Source: an uncultured Planctomycetota bacterium
Lineage (GTDB): Bacteria; Planctomycetota; PLA2; JAEUHO01
Length of the DNA stretch: 64,000 nt
Reading direction: 5' to 3'
Assembly (NCBI GenBank): GCA_963752285.1
Contig: CAVVXN010000002.1
Location: 224,001 to 288,000, forward strand
In this document: piece after piece, positions 8,991 through 20,930 of the stretch
Layout: each line of letters starts with the position of its first letter
How positions within the stretch are numbered: position 1 is the first letter of the stretch
Notes under the pieces: generated by a model
Database searches by the model: none
Seen by the model: only the letters and a program-made list of their open reading frames with translations
What the model was told of the DNA's origin: nothing
Translations under genes and position numbers: made by a program

Positions 8991-9638
8991 CTACCGGGCG
9001 CCGATGCGGCGGATCGCGCCCTCGATCGTCCGGCGGTCGGCACCGTCCACGGCCTCGGCGGCGGCCCGGAGCGCCTCGAGCGCGGGCTTCGAGGCCCCGC
9101 CGACGTTCGCGAGGGCCATCGCCGCCCAGACCTTCGTCTCGCGGTCGTCGCTTTCGAGCAGCGCCGTCAGGCCGGGCACCGCGTCCGCCGCCTCCGGCGG
9201 GAGGCCGGTGGACCACACCCGGACGAGCCGTTTCCGCGTCGCGGCGTCGCCCCGCCGGAAAGCGTCGAGCATCGCGGGCACGTCGTCCGGCTCGAGCGCC
9301 CGGAGCGCGTTCGCGGCGGCGCGCTCGACCTCGGGCACGGCGAGGAGTCCGACGAGGCGCGGGACGGCGGGGCCGGCGTCCGCGTGGAGCAGCTCGACGA
9401 GGGTCACGGCGTTTCGGACGACGCGCGGGTCGTCGTCCTGGAGCAGGGTCTCGACCTCGGCGAGAGCGTCCTGGCCGCGTTCGCGGAGCCGCTCGAGCGT
9501 CGGGACGTCGCCCTCCGCGACGCGCTCGCGAAGCGGTCTCGGTTCCCCGCGCCCGCAGCCGGCGAGCGCGAGGGCCACGAGCGTGACGACGAGCCGTCCG
9601 CATCGCCCGGCGGACGAGGGGCGCGCGTCCGGCGTCAG
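8991..9638 (-). CDS. HEAT-repeat lipoprotein (paralog of the upstream gene); start uncertain
   Basis: Lipobox LALAGC, HEAT-like repeats (AVPGLTALLESDDRETKVWAAMALANVG), collinear with 9635..10315. The only in-frame start preserving the full signal peptide is a CTG at 9638. Confidence 0.7.
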   Translation of the reverse strand: MTPDARPSSAGRCGRLVVTLVALALAGCGRGEPRPLRERVAEGDVPTLERLRERGQDALAEVETLLQDDDPRVVRNAVTLVELLHADAGPAVPRLVGLLAVPEVERAAANALRALEPDDVPAMLDAFRRGDAATRKRLVRVWSTGLPPEAADAVPGLTALLESDDRETKVWAAMALANVGGASKPALEALRAAAEAVDGADRRTIEGAIRRIGAR

Positions 9639-10315
9639 CGGTGCTCGCTGTACATGCCCGGCTTGTCGGAGTCCTCGATCCGCTTGATCACGCCCGCGAA
9701 CATGCGCTTGTCCTTCTCGGGCGCCGCCTCGGCCGCGGCGTGGAGGGCGGGCAGCGCGGACTTCGCGGCGCTCCCGATGTTGGCCAGGGCCATGGCGGCC
9801 CACACGCGCGCGTCGCTGTCGCTCGTAGACAGGTACTTCGTCAGCCCCGGCACGGCGTCCTTCGCCTCGCCGCCGACGCCGTGGGACCAGGACTCGACGA
9901 TCAGCTTCTTCAAGGCGTCGTCGCCGGAGTCGAAGGCGGTGACCATGTCGGGCGTCGCCACGCGTCGAAGCGAGGCCAGCGCATCCATCGCCCGTCCCTT
10001 GACGCCGGGGACCTTCATGGCCTGGATCAGCGTCGGGACGGCGGGCTTCCCCGCGTCCCCGAGCATGCCGACGAGCATCACGGCGTTGACGACGACGTCG
10101 GGATTGGGGTCCTTCATCAGCTCGATCAGCTGCGGGATCGCCGCGGCGCCCTTCGCCCGGAGCGCCCCCAGCGCGGAAGAGTCGCCCTCGGCGATGCGTT
10201 GACTCAGCGACTTGTTGCTGGCGCTGCCCGACTTCGAGCAGGCCGAGAGCGGCAGCAGGACGGCGAGCCCGACGAGGATCGCCAGCGAGGCCAGGCGGGG
10301 CAGCGGGTTGCGCAT
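9635..10315 (-). CDS. HEAT-repeat lipoprotein
   Basis: AGGAGGT RBS, MRNPLPRLASLAILVGLAVLLPLSAC lipobox, HEAT repeats (AVPGLTKYLSTSDSDARVWAAMALANIG). Confidence 0.85.
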   Translation of the reverse strand: MRNPLPRLASLAILVGLAVLLPLSACSKSGSASNKSLSQRIAEGDSSALGALRAKGAAAIPQLIELMKDPNPDVVVNAVMLVGMLGDAGKPAVPTLIQAMKVPGVKGRAMDALASLRRVATPDMVTAFDSGDDALKKLIVESWSHGVGGEAKDAVPGLTKYLSTSDSDARVWAAMALANIGSAAKSALPALHAAAEAAPEKDKRMFAGVIKRIEDSDKPGMYSEHR

Positions 10316-10488
10316 CGGACACGACCTCCTTCTTCCCGGTGGGGGCCCGCGTCTCGGGTGCGGCCGGGCCGCCACCACGGCGATTCTGCGTCCGTCGCCG
10401 ATCGAGGGCAACCCGCGCCCCGGCGCGGTCGGTCCGGCGCGGGTACGCTGGCGCCCGACGGGCTGCGGACGGGCCCGGGGAGGGCACG

Positions 10489-11586
10489 GTGCGCGCGGAC
10501 CTCGCCACGGACGCGCCGCGCGGCGGGCCCGCGCCGCCCGACCCCGAGGTCCGGCGGGTCGCGGCGGCGCCCGCGCGGCTCGTCGTCCGGCTCCCGACGT
10601 GGCTCGGCGACGTCGTGATGGCGGCGCCCGCGCTCGAGGCGCTGTCGCGCGCGCTCCCCGAGACGACGCTCGTCGCCGCGGCGCGACCCGGCCAGGCCGG
10701 GCTCGCCGCGATGCTCCCGAGCGTCGCCGCCGTGCTCGAGATCGGCGACGAGCGTGGGCCGGGCGGCGTCCGGGCCGCTGCCCGCCGCTACCGCGAGGAC
10801 GGCGCGGACGCCGTGCTCGCGCTCCCGCGCGGCGCCCGGGCGCTCCTCGCGCCCTACCTCGCGCGCGTCCCCGTCCGCGTGGGGTTCGGCGCGCCCCTCC
10901 AGCGGTGGCTGCTGACCCACCCCGTCGAGGGCTGGCGCGCCTGGCGCGGCGCCCACCGGAGCGCGTGGCTCGGGCTCCCGGGCCGCGCGTTCGGCGCGGG
11001 GCCCCTCGGCGCCCCCGTCCTCTGCCCCCCGACGGTCGCGCGCGAGCGGGCGCGCCAGCTGCTCGGGGCCCTCGGCCACCGGCCGGGGCGCCCGCTCGTG
11101 CTGCTCGAGCCCGGCGCGGCGTACGGCCCCGCCAAGTGCTGGCCCGCCGACCGCTTCGGGCGGCTCGCGCGTCTCCTCCTCGACGACGGCGCCGACGTGG
11201 CGACGATCGGGCACCGGCGCGCGTCCGCGGAGGACGAGATCGTGCGTCTCGCGCCGGGGGTGCTTCGCGCCGCCGGCCGGACGCCGGAGCTCCCCGTGCT
11301 GGCGGCGCTCCTCGAGGCCGCCTCGCTCGTCGTGACGAACGACACCGGGCCCATGCACCTCGCGGCCGCCGTGGGCGCTCCCGTCCTCGCCCTCTTCGGC
11401 GCGACCGACCCCGTGGTGAGCGGGCCGGCGGGGGCCGCGCCCCGCCGGATCCTCGTCTCGCCGACGCCCTGCAGCCCCTGCTTCCTCCGACGCTGCGCGG
11501 TCCCCGGGCATCCCTGTCTCGCGTCGATCGGCGTGGGGCGCGTCCACCGGGAGGCCCGGGAGATGCTCTGTCGCGTCCGGATCTGA
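10489..11586 (+). CDS. waaF: LPS heptosyltransferase II (GT9)
   Basis: RLPTWLGDVVMA, PGAAYGPAKCWP, VTNDTGPMHLAAAVGAPVLALFGATDP. Start uncertain. Confidence 0.88.
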   Translation: MRADLATDAPRGGPAPPDPEVRRVAAAPARLVVRLPTWLGDVVMAAPALEALSRALPETTLVAAARPGQAGLAAMLPSVAAVLEIGDERGPGGVRAAARRYREDGADAVLALPRGARALLAPYLARVPVRVGFGAPLQRWLLTHPVEGWRAWRGAHRSAWLGLPGRAFGAGPLGAPVLCPPTVARERARQLLGALGHRPGRPLVLLEPGAAYGPAKCWPADRFGRLARLLLDDGADVATIGHRRASAEDEIVRLAPGVLRAAGRTPELPVLAALLEAASLVVTNDTGPMHLAAAVGAPVLALFGATDPVVSGPAGAAPRRILVSPTPCSPCFLRRCAVPGHPCLASIGVGRVHREAREMLCRVRI

Positions 11587-11681
11587 GCGCCGGTCCGGGG
11601 CGCCTCGCGCCCGGGGTCCGTGCCCTGTACATTCGGCGCGGCGCCTCGAGGGAAGGCCGGACGGCGCCGGTGGGAGCCGGG

Positions 11682-12743
11682 ATGGCGCGACGATTCACGC
11701 TGGCCGAGCTCGCGGACATCGCGGGCGTCCCCGAGGACACGGTCTCGACCTGGGAGCGCCGGGGCTACCTCGGCGAGATCACCAAGGACGAGAAGGGCGA
11801 CGCCCGGTACGGCTTCACCGACGCCGAGCGCTGCGTGGAGCTCGGCGGTCGGGCGATCCCCCGGCGCATCTCGGTCGTCAACCAGAAGGGCGGCGTCGGC
11901 AAGACGACCACGGTCTTCACGCTGGCCGCGGCGCTCTCGGACCTCGGGCGGCGGGTGCTCGCGATCGACCTCGACGCGCAGGCCAACCTGACCTCCTCCT
12001 TCGGTTTCGACCCCGACACCCTCGACCTGACGAGCGCCGACCTCCTGCTCCGCGAGGAGGTGGAAGCGGCCGACGTGATCGTCGAGACGGGCCTCGAAGG
12101 CGTCCACGCGATCCCCGCCGACATCAAGCTGTGCAACGTGGAGACGCGCATCCACGAGATGATGATGCGCGAGTACATCCTGCACACGAAGCTCGAGGGG
12201 CTCTTCGACCGCTACCACGTGATCCTGTTCGACTGCCCGCCGAACCTGAGCCGGATCACCGTCAACGCGCTCGTGGCGAGCCAGGAGGTCGTGGTCCCGA
12301 TCGAGACGCAGTCCTACTCGATCAAGGCGATCAGCGACCTCACGAACACGTTCACCGTGCTCCGGGAGAAGATGCAGCACGAGCTCAAGGTCTGGCTCCT
12401 GCCGACCAAGGTGGACCGCCGCATGCGACTCGCCGGCGAGATCCTGGACGCGCTCGAGGACGCGTTCCGCGGTCGCATCCTCGATCCGATCCAGGTGGAC
12501 TCGAACCTGGTCCGCGCGCCCCTGCTCTGCGAGCCCGTGACGCGCGCGTTCCCCACTTCGCGTTCCGCGGTCGAGTACCGGCGACTCGCACGGTTCCTGA
12601 CGCTGCCCGACGCCGAGCGCGAGCGGTGGATGCGACTCACGCTGAGGGAGCGCAGCGCCCTCTTCGACGAGGGCGCGACGACGCCGGGGCTCGACCTCGA
12701 CGAGGCGGCCCCGAACGTCGAGGACCTCGGCGCGACCGCGTGA
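11682..12743 (+). CDS. ParA/Soj-family ATPase with N-terminal MerR-like HTH
   Basis: FTLAELADIAGVPEDTVSTWERRGYL HTH, then NQKGGVGKTTT, IDLDAQANLT, FDCPPNL. Confidence 0.9.
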   Translation: MARRFTLAELADIAGVPEDTVSTWERRGYLGEITKDEKGDARYGFTDAERCVELGGRAIPRRISVVNQKGGVGKTTTVFTLAAALSDLGRRVLAIDLDAQANLTSSFGFDPDTLDLTSADLLLREEVEAADVIVETGLEGVHAIPADIKLCNVETRIHEMMMREYILHTKLEGLFDRYHVILFDCPPNLSRITVNALVASQEVVVPIETQSYSIKAISDLTNTFTVLREKMQHELKVWLLPTKVDRRMRLAGEILDALEDAFRGRILDPIQVDSNLVRAPLLCEPVTRAFPTSRSAVEYRRLARFLTLPDAERERWMRLTLRERSALFDEGATTPGLDLDEAAPNVEDLGATA

Positions 12744-12829
12744 GACGAGGCCGCGTCCGGCGGACGTGCCGCGAGCGCCGGGTGTCCCGTCGTTCACCGT
12801 AAGATGGTCCCTTCCCCCGAGACTTCCCC

Positions 12830-14767
<1,938 letters not shown>

Positions 14768-14945
14768 CGCGTCGCGCCGATCACCGCTCGGAGGAGGGCC
14801 GCAGGGTCTCGGTGCGGCCGCTCTCGCGGTGGACGACCACGCCGGGCGCGCCCACGTCGAGGACGTACGAGACGCTGTCCGGGGGCGCGCCCCCGGGCAC
14901 ACGCTGCGCCCCGCCGCCGCCCCCGAGCGTACGGCCGCCGGCGGC

Positions 14946-15551
14946 TCAGGCGGGCGGCGTGCCGTCCACGACGAAGCGCGCGCGTGCGCCCGGCGCCCCG
15001 TCGAGCTCGAGGTCGAGCACGTCGCCGGGCCGGATCGGGCCGACGCCCTCCGGCGTGCCCGTGAAGACGAGATCGCCGGGCCGGAGCCCGAACCAGCGGT
15101 CGATGGCCGCGAGCAGGGCGGGGACGGGGTGGAGGAGGAGCGAGGTGTCGCCGCGCTGGCGGACCTCGCCGTTCACCCGGAGCGTGAAGCGGAGGCGGTC
15201 GAGCGCGACGGGCGCCGCGACGAACGGACCGAGCGGCGCCGAGCCCCGGAACCCCTTCGCGGCCGCCCACGGCTCGCCCCGCGCCTTCGCCGCCGCCTGA
15301 CGCGTGCGATCGGTCAGGTCGAGGCCCAGCGCGACCGCGCTCGCGCCGCCGTCCTCGCCGACGCGCACGACGAGCTCCGCCTCGTGGTGGACCTCGCCCG
15401 CGCCGGGGGGGAGCCGCACGGGACCGGGCGGGAGGACGATCGCGCCCTCGGGCTTCAGGAACACCACCGGCTCCGCGTCCGCGGCGGGCGCCGCGCCCAT
15501 CTCCTTGGCGTGCGCCGCGTAGTTCCGGCCGATGCAGAAGATCGTCGGCAT
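14946..15551 (-). CDS. Fumarylacetoacetate hydrolase family protein
   Basis: IFCIGRNYAAHAKEM, VFLKP, HHEAEL, LDLTDR, GDLVFTGTPEGVG. Confidence 0.93.
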   Translation of the reverse strand: MPTIFCIGRNYAAHAKEMGAAPAADAEPVVFLKPEGAIVLPPGPVRLPPGAGEVHHEAELVVRVGEDGGASAVALGLDLTDRTRQAAAKARGEPWAAAKGFRGSAPLGPFVAAPVALDRLRFTLRVNGEVRQRGDTSLLLHPVPALLAAIDRWFGLRPGDLVFTGTPEGVGPIRPGDVLDLELDGAPGARARFVVDGTPPA

Positions 15552-15642
15552 CCGGTGCTCCTCGCGCCGTGGGCCCGGCCGACGATACGCCGGTTTGCCG
15601 AGGGGAGGGTCGGTCGGTACAAGAGGCCGAGGAGCCCGCCGC

Positions 15643-17439
15643 ATGAACGTCGGCCTCGTGATGGTCGTGATGGTCGCGTGCCTGGCGCTCGGGTACCGCC
15701 TCTACGGACGATTCGTGGCCCGGCAGGTGGGGGTGGACCCCGACCGGCCCACGCCGGCGGTGACCCACGAAGACGGCGTGGACTACGTCCCCACGCGGGG
15801 CCCCGTCCTCTTCGGGCAGCACTACGCCTCGATCGCCGCGGCGGGTCCGATCGTCGGACCCACCCTCGCGCTGATGTGGGGGTACATGCCCGCGTGGCTG
15901 TGGATCGTCCTCGGCGTGATCTTCGTGGGCGCGGTCCACGACTTCACGGCGCTCTTCGTGACGATGCGGGAGGGCGGCCGCTCGGTGGCCGAGGTCGCGC
16001 GCAAGACGCTCGGCACGACCGGATTCGTGCTCTTCGTGGGCTTCTCGCTCTTCCTCTGCGTGCTCGTCTCGGCCGCGTTCCTCGACCTGACGGCGGTCGC
16101 GCTCACCTCGACCTGGTCCCTCGCCGACCTGGGCCTCCCGGCGGGACAGACGCTCGTCCGCGTCATCGGCACGGGAGACACGCTGCCGAACGGAGCCGTC
16201 GCCGCCGCGCCGCAGGCGGTCATCGGCGGGATCGCGTCCACGTCCGTGATCGCGCTCACGCTCCTCGCGCCGCTCGTCGGCTGGCTGATCGTGAGGCGCC
16301 GGGTCCCGATCAAGTGGATGAGCCCCGCGGCGCTCGCGATCTGCCTCGCCACGGTCTGGGTCGGCTTCCACGCGCCGCTCACGGTCGTCCCCAGCACGTG
16401 GATCCTGATCGTCGCGGGCTACACGCTCGTCGCGGGGTTCGTTCCGGTCTGGGTGCTGCTCCAGCCCCGCGACTTCGTGAACGTGCACCTCCTCTACCTG
16501 GGCCTCCTCGCGATGGTCGTGGGCGTCGTGGCCTGCGGCCTCGCCGGCGTCACGGTGTCGGGGCCCGCGTTCGCCGCGTCGGGCACGGTCGGGAACATCG
16601 GGCTCCTCTGGCCGTTCCTCTTCGTCACGATCGCGTGCGGCGCGGTGTCGGGCGCGCACGCGCTGATCGCGGGAGGGACGACCTGCAAGATGATCGCGTC
16701 GGAACGGCACTGCCCCCCGATCGGGTACGGCTGCATGCTCCTCGAGGGCCTGCTCGCGATCTGCGTCACGCTCGTGCTGCTGGGCGGCCTCGGCTACGAC
16801 AAGTACGCGTCGATCGTCTGGCCGCGCGGACCGGGAGGCGAGTTCTTGAAGGGCAACGCGCCCCTCGCGTTCGCCGCCGGCGTGGGCGGGACCCTCCAGA
16901 AGGGACTCGGTCTCCCCATGATCTACGGGACGCTCTTCGGGATCCTGCTCCTCGAGGGCTTCCTCGTCACCACGGTGGACACGATCGTGCGTCTCTCGCG
17001 CTATCTGGTCGAGGAGATCTGGAGCGTGGCGTGGCCCTCGCGCCCGGCGTTCTTCCGGAACCGCGCGGTGAACACGCTGGTGCCCCTCGTCCCGATCGTG
17101 GCCCTCGCGCTCGCGAAGGGATACAAGCGCATCTGGCCCATCTTCGGCTCGGCGAATCAGCTCCTGGCCGCGCTCACGCTGATCGCGGGCGCGCTCTGGC
17201 TCCACCAGAAGGCGAAGAAGACGTGGTTCGCCGCGATCCCCGCCGTCTTCATGGTGGTGACCACGATGACCTCGATCGGGTGGCTCGTGACACGCGACGC
17301 GGGGCGCGGCGACGTCGTCCTCCTGGTCGTGGACCTCGCGCTCCTCGCCATGGCGCTCGGGGTCGTGGCCATCACGCTCGGCCGGATCGCGAGGTTCCGC
17401 GCCGCGCGGTCCGTGGACGTGGCGGCCGTCCGGGAGTGA
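15643..17439 (+). CDS. cstA: Carbon starvation protein A family transporter
   Basis: DGVDYVPT, LFGQHYASIAAAGPIVGP, GAVHDF, LFVTIACGAVSGAHAL, IWPIFGSANQLLAAL. Confidence 0.95.
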   Translation: MNVGLVMVVMVACLALGYRLYGRFVARQVGVDPDRPTPAVTHEDGVDYVPTRGPVLFGQHYASIAAAGPIVGPTLALMWGYMPAWLWIVLGVIFVGAVHDFTALFVTMREGGRSVAEVARKTLGTTGFVLFVGFSLFLCVLVSAAFLDLTAVALTSTWSLADLGLPAGQTLVRVIGTGDTLPNGAVAAAPQAVIGGIASTSVIALTLLAPLVGWLIVRRRVPIKWMSPAALAICLATVWVGFHAPLTVVPSTWILIVAGYTLVAGFVPVWVLLQPRDFVNVHLLYLGLLAMVVGVVACGLAGVTVSGPAFAASGTVGNIGLLWPFLFVTIACGAVSGAHALIAGGTTCKMIASERHCPPIGYGCMLLEGLLAICVTLVLLGGLGYDKYASIVWPRGPGGEFLKGNAPLAFAAGVGGTLQKGLGLPMIYGTLFGILLLEGFLVTTVDTIVRLSRYLVEEIWSVAWPSRPAFFRNRAVNTLVPLVPIVALALAKGYKRIWPIFGSANQLLAALTLIAGALWLHQKAKKTWFAAIPAVFMVVTTMTSIGWLVTRDAGRGDVVLLVVDLALLAMALGVVAITLGRIARFRAARSVDVAAVRE

Positions 17440-17494
17440 TCCGGACGGGCCCCCGCCGGGGCCCGGGTCCGCCCCCGGCGGCTATACTCCCGGC

Positions 17495-19105
17495 GTGAAC
17501 GCCCCCCGCCTTCCGCCCCCCCCGCGGCGGGGCCACGTCGCGGGGTCCCCGACGCTCTCGTCGTGCCTTCGTGGGCTCCACCTCGGCGGCCTCGTCCTCC
17601 CGGGCCTGCTCGGGCTCCTCGGCGTCGTCGTCGTCCCGGCTCCAGCCCGGGCGCACGAGGTCGAGACGAAGGACGGCACCGTCTACGAGGGGAAGATCAT
17701 CGTGGACGACGACGAGCACGTGGTCGTGCTGACCACGTTCGACGGGCGGAAGTCGGTGCCCCGCGCGGACGTCGTCCGCGAGGACAAGTTCGTCCCGCCC
17801 CTCCGGGACCAGCTCGCGTACCGCGCGGACCTCGCGAAGGACTCGGTCCCCGACCTCTTCGCTCTCTACAAGTGGGCGAAGGAGAAGGGCTTCGAGCCCG
17901 AGCTCGTCCAGATCCTGGAGCGCATCGTAGAGATCGATCCGAAGAGCGCGCGCGCCCACAAGCTCCTCGGCCACGTGAAGGTGAAGGACGCCTGGATGAC
18001 CCCGGACGAGAAGGCCGCCCAGGACGCGGCCGCGCACGACGCGGAGATGCGCGCGAAGGGGCTCGTCCCGTACCAGGGCCGCTGGGTGACGCCCGAGGAG
18101 AAGGACGCCCTCGAGAAGGGCCTCGTGAAGGACGGCGACCAGTGGGTCACCGAGGAAGAGCTCCACCGGCGTCGCGGCGAGAAGAAGGTGGACGGGAAGT
18201 GGGTCCGGGTCGGCGAGGCCGAGGGCAAGGCCTGGCTCGAGGAGCTCCGCCAGGGCCACGTCGCGGTGTCGTACCGCTGGAGCCCGCACGTGGACCTCTA
18301 CGGCGACACCGACGAGGAGACCACCAAGACGGTCCTCGACGGCGCGGAGGCCGCGTGGCGCGCGCTCTACCAGGTCCTCGCCCCGGGACCCGACGAGATG
18401 CCGGAGGGGGTGGACGGGCGGATCCGCATCCACGTCTTCACGAAGCAGCCCGGCTACGCGCGGTTCGTCCAGGTGTTCGACGGCAAGGCGAAGTGTTCCG
18501 AGGTGTCGCCGGGCTGGATGCGGTCGGCCCAGCGCCAGCACGCTTTCTGGTGGGTCCAGCCGATCGGCGTCGTCGGCGCGTACAAGTTCCCGAACACGAC
18601 GCGGACGCTACGGAGCAACGCCGTCCACAACATGGGCTTCCTGCTCCTGACCCAGTACCACTTCGACTACCGGTTCCCCCCGGCCTGGCTCGAGGAGGGC
18701 TTCGCGTACCTGCTCGAGATGGAGGCGTACGGCTCGTCGGACACCTTCAACCTGCACCAGCAGGGCACGGCCGCCGCGTCGGGCGCGGGCCAGACGCCGT
18801 GGGCCGACACCGAGCAGTGGCGCGGGCTCTTGAAGGACCTCGTCTCGCAGGGGCAGGACGTGTCGGCCAAGCGACTCTCCGTCATGCCGGCCGACCAGCT
18901 CGGCTACCCGGAGCTCGCGAAGTCCTGGAGCCTGCTCGAGCTCCTCTACCGGACGGATGCCAAGAAGCTCCGGGCGTTCCTCGCCGCCACGAAGGACCGC
19001 TCGAAGTCGGTCGAGGACGCGCTGAAGGAGGCGTACGGCTGGACCTGGCACGACCTCGACGAGAAGTGGCACGCCTACGTCGCGGCCGACTTCCGCGTGA
19101 CGTGA
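17495..19105 (+). CDS. Exported protein with tandem G-x-V...WVT repeats and a degenerate gluzincin-like C-terminal domain
   Basis: Signal peptide ending APARA; four repeats; VHNMGF...PPAWLEEGFAYLLE. Confidence 0.75.
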   Translation: MNAPRLPPPPRRGHVAGSPTLSSCLRGLHLGGLVLPGLLGLLGVVVVPAPARAHEVETKDGTVYEGKIIVDDDEHVVVLTTFDGRKSVPRADVVREDKFVPPLRDQLAYRADLAKDSVPDLFALYKWAKEKGFEPELVQILERIVEIDPKSARAHKLLGHVKVKDAWMTPDEKAAQDAAAHDAEMRAKGLVPYQGRWVTPEEKDALEKGLVKDGDQWVTEEELHRRRGEKKVDGKWVRVGEAEGKAWLEELRQGHVAVSYRWSPHVDLYGDTDEETTKTVLDGAEAAWRALYQVLAPGPDEMPEGVDGRIRIHVFTKQPGYARFVQVFDGKAKCSEVSPGWMRSAQRQHAFWWVQPIGVVGAYKFPNTTRTLRSNAVHNMGFLLLTQYHFDYRFPPAWLEEGFAYLLEMEAYGSSDTFNLHQQGTAAASGAGQTPWADTEQWRGLLKDLVSQGQDVSAKRLSVMPADQLGYPELAKSWSLLELLYRTDAKKLRAFLAATKDRSKSVEDALKEAYGWTWHDLDEKWHAYVAADFRVT

Positions 19106-19124
19106 GGAGCGCGAGAGCGACCTG

Positions 19125-20930
19125 ATGCGATCTGGCCGAGGTGTCCTCGCCCGCACCCTCCGATCCTCCCCGTCCGAACGGAGCCGGTTCCGGGCGGGCG
19201 TCGCCCGGTGCGCGCTCCTCGCGCTCTTCGCGGCCACGCTCGGACCCGGGCTCCCCTCGGCCCGCGCGGACGAGCGCGACCGCGAGCCCGCGCCGCCCGC
19301 GGTCTTCTTCCCCGACCCCGACCCGGTCACCGCGAAGGAGATCGAGGAGCTCGAGGAGAACTCCTACGAGGACCTCAACAAGGCGCCCGTCGCACGCGAC
19401 CTCCAGGTGCGTCGCTACGGGGTGTGGAGCGTCTCGAAGCTCGCCTTCGACCTCCGCCAGCAGTCGGTCGAGGCGCGTACCTGGAACGCGGCGCTGACGG
19501 CGTTCGCCCTCCGCGACCGTCTCGGGGACGCGCCGGAGCTGTGGCCGCTCCTCGAGCCCCTGGTGCGGATCGTGGAGGTCAGCCCGGAGCCGTACCGCCC
19601 GGCGTTCTCGATGCTCGCCCTCGGCGCCTTCCGCGGTCCCGAGCACCTGCCGCCCGACCCGCCTCACCCCGACCCCCTGGTCCTGCGCGCCCCGGAGCAC
19701 GCGGCGAAGAGCGCGATCGAGGCCGGCCTCGACGCGATCACGCACCGGCTCGACGACGGGCACCCGAGCGTGGAGGTCGCGGCGGCGCTCGCGCTGGGCA
19801 AGTCCGGGGCCTCGAGCGCGCGCGAGCGGCTCCAGGCGGAGGTCCGCCTGGCCGACCAGGCGAAGGTCGAGCCCCGCATGGCCGTCCTCGTGAGCGTCGG
19901 CCTCCTGCCGCGTCCGGGCGACGACGCGATCCTGATCCGCGCGCTCTCCGACCCCGAACGACGGATCCGGCGCGCCGCGGCGCTCGCGGTGACGCTCCAG
20001 GCCCTCCACGAGCCCCGTCCCGCGTGGGTGGCGGCGCCGGCGCGCGTCCTGCACGCCCTCACGGCCGACGAGATCGCCCCCCAGCTCGAGGACGGCTGGG
20101 AGGCGGTGTTCGCCCGCGGCGTTCTCGCGTCCCTCTCGGGCGACCGGCCGGAGTGGCAGACGCTCTTCGAGCTCGCCACGACGCCGTCGGCGAAGGAGGG
20201 CGCGCAGCGCGCGGCGGCCCAGGCGCTGGTCTTCTGCGAGGAGCCGTGGTTCGACCAGGAGTCCGCGGAGCGCATCGTCCGGGGCGCCGCGCTCGAGCCC
20301 GTCGTCATCGCGGCGTTCCTCCTCCACCTCGGCACGCTCGCCTCCGAGGAGGCGATCAACGCGTGCGAGCAGCTGCTGAAGAGCGCGGCCCGTCGGCCGG
20401 TCGGCAAGCCCGAGTGGGACGTGCGCTACTACGCGGTCCTCGGCCTGGTCCAGGCGCTCGTGGACGGGCGCGTGACGGACGCCGCCCGCCGGCAGCGCGT
20501 CGTCGAGGTCCTCGAGACCGGCGTCGCGCGGGGCCTGCAGAAGGGACCGTTCCGCGACGCGCTGGCACGCGTGCTCGAGTACGAGAAGAAGCCGGTCCTC
20601 CAGTCCGAGACGTACACCGTGCCCGAGCGACGCGTGCTCGAGCTCGAGCGGACCTTCGACGACGCGCCGGGGCTCCTCGCGCACGACCTGAAGGACCTGG
20701 CGGTGCGCCGGCTGAACGACATCGTCCCCGAGGTCTTCAACGTCAACAGCATGCGCCCGGGGACGCCCGGCAACCGGGACAAGTCCGAGATGCCCCGCCG
20801 GTTCCTGAAGGGCCTGATCGACCACTACCCGTACTTCTCCCGTCTGGACCTCCTCGCCGACCGCGGCTACCGCCCGCGCCCCGCCATGCCCCACGGCGAC
20901 GACCCCCGTCTCGAGGTGGACCGCCGATGA
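19125..20930 (+). CDS. Exported HEAT-repeat protein
   Basis: Signal peptide ending SARA; LDDGHPSVEVAAALALGK, ALSDPERRIRRAAALA; ATGA overlap with the kinase gene. Confidence 0.8.
   Translation: MRSGRGVLARTLRSSPSERSRFRAGVARCALLALFAATLGPGLPSARADERDREPAPPAVFFPDPDPVTAKEIEELEENSYEDLNKAPVARDLQVRRYGVWSVSKLAFDLRQQSVEARTWNAALTAFALRDRLGDAPELWPLLEPLVRIVEVSPEPYRPAFSMLALGAFRGPEHLPPDPPHPDPLVLRAPEHAAKSAIEAGLDAITHRLDDGHPSVEVAAALALGKSGASSARERLQAEVRLADQAKVEPRMAVLVSVGLLPRPGDDAILIRALSDPERRIRRAAALAVTLQALHEPRPAWVAAPARVLHALTADEIAPQLEDGWEAVFARGVLASLSGDRPEWQTLFELATTPSAKEGAQRAAAQALVFCEEPWFDQESAERIVRGAALEPVVIAAFLLHLGTLASEEAINACEQLLKSAARRPVGKPEWDVRYYAVLGLVQALVDGRVTDAARRQRVVEVLETGVARGLQKGPFRDALARVLEYEKKPVLQSETYTVPERRVLELERTFDDAPGLLAHDLKDLAVRRLNDIVPEVFNVNSMRPGTPGNRDKSEMPRRFLKGLIDHYPYFSRLDLLADRGYRPRPAMPHGDDPRLEVDRR

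Noticed and set aside
17446..17465. GC hairpin after cstA as an intrinsic terminator
   Set aside because: No U-tract, and such GC stems arise easily by chance at this composition.
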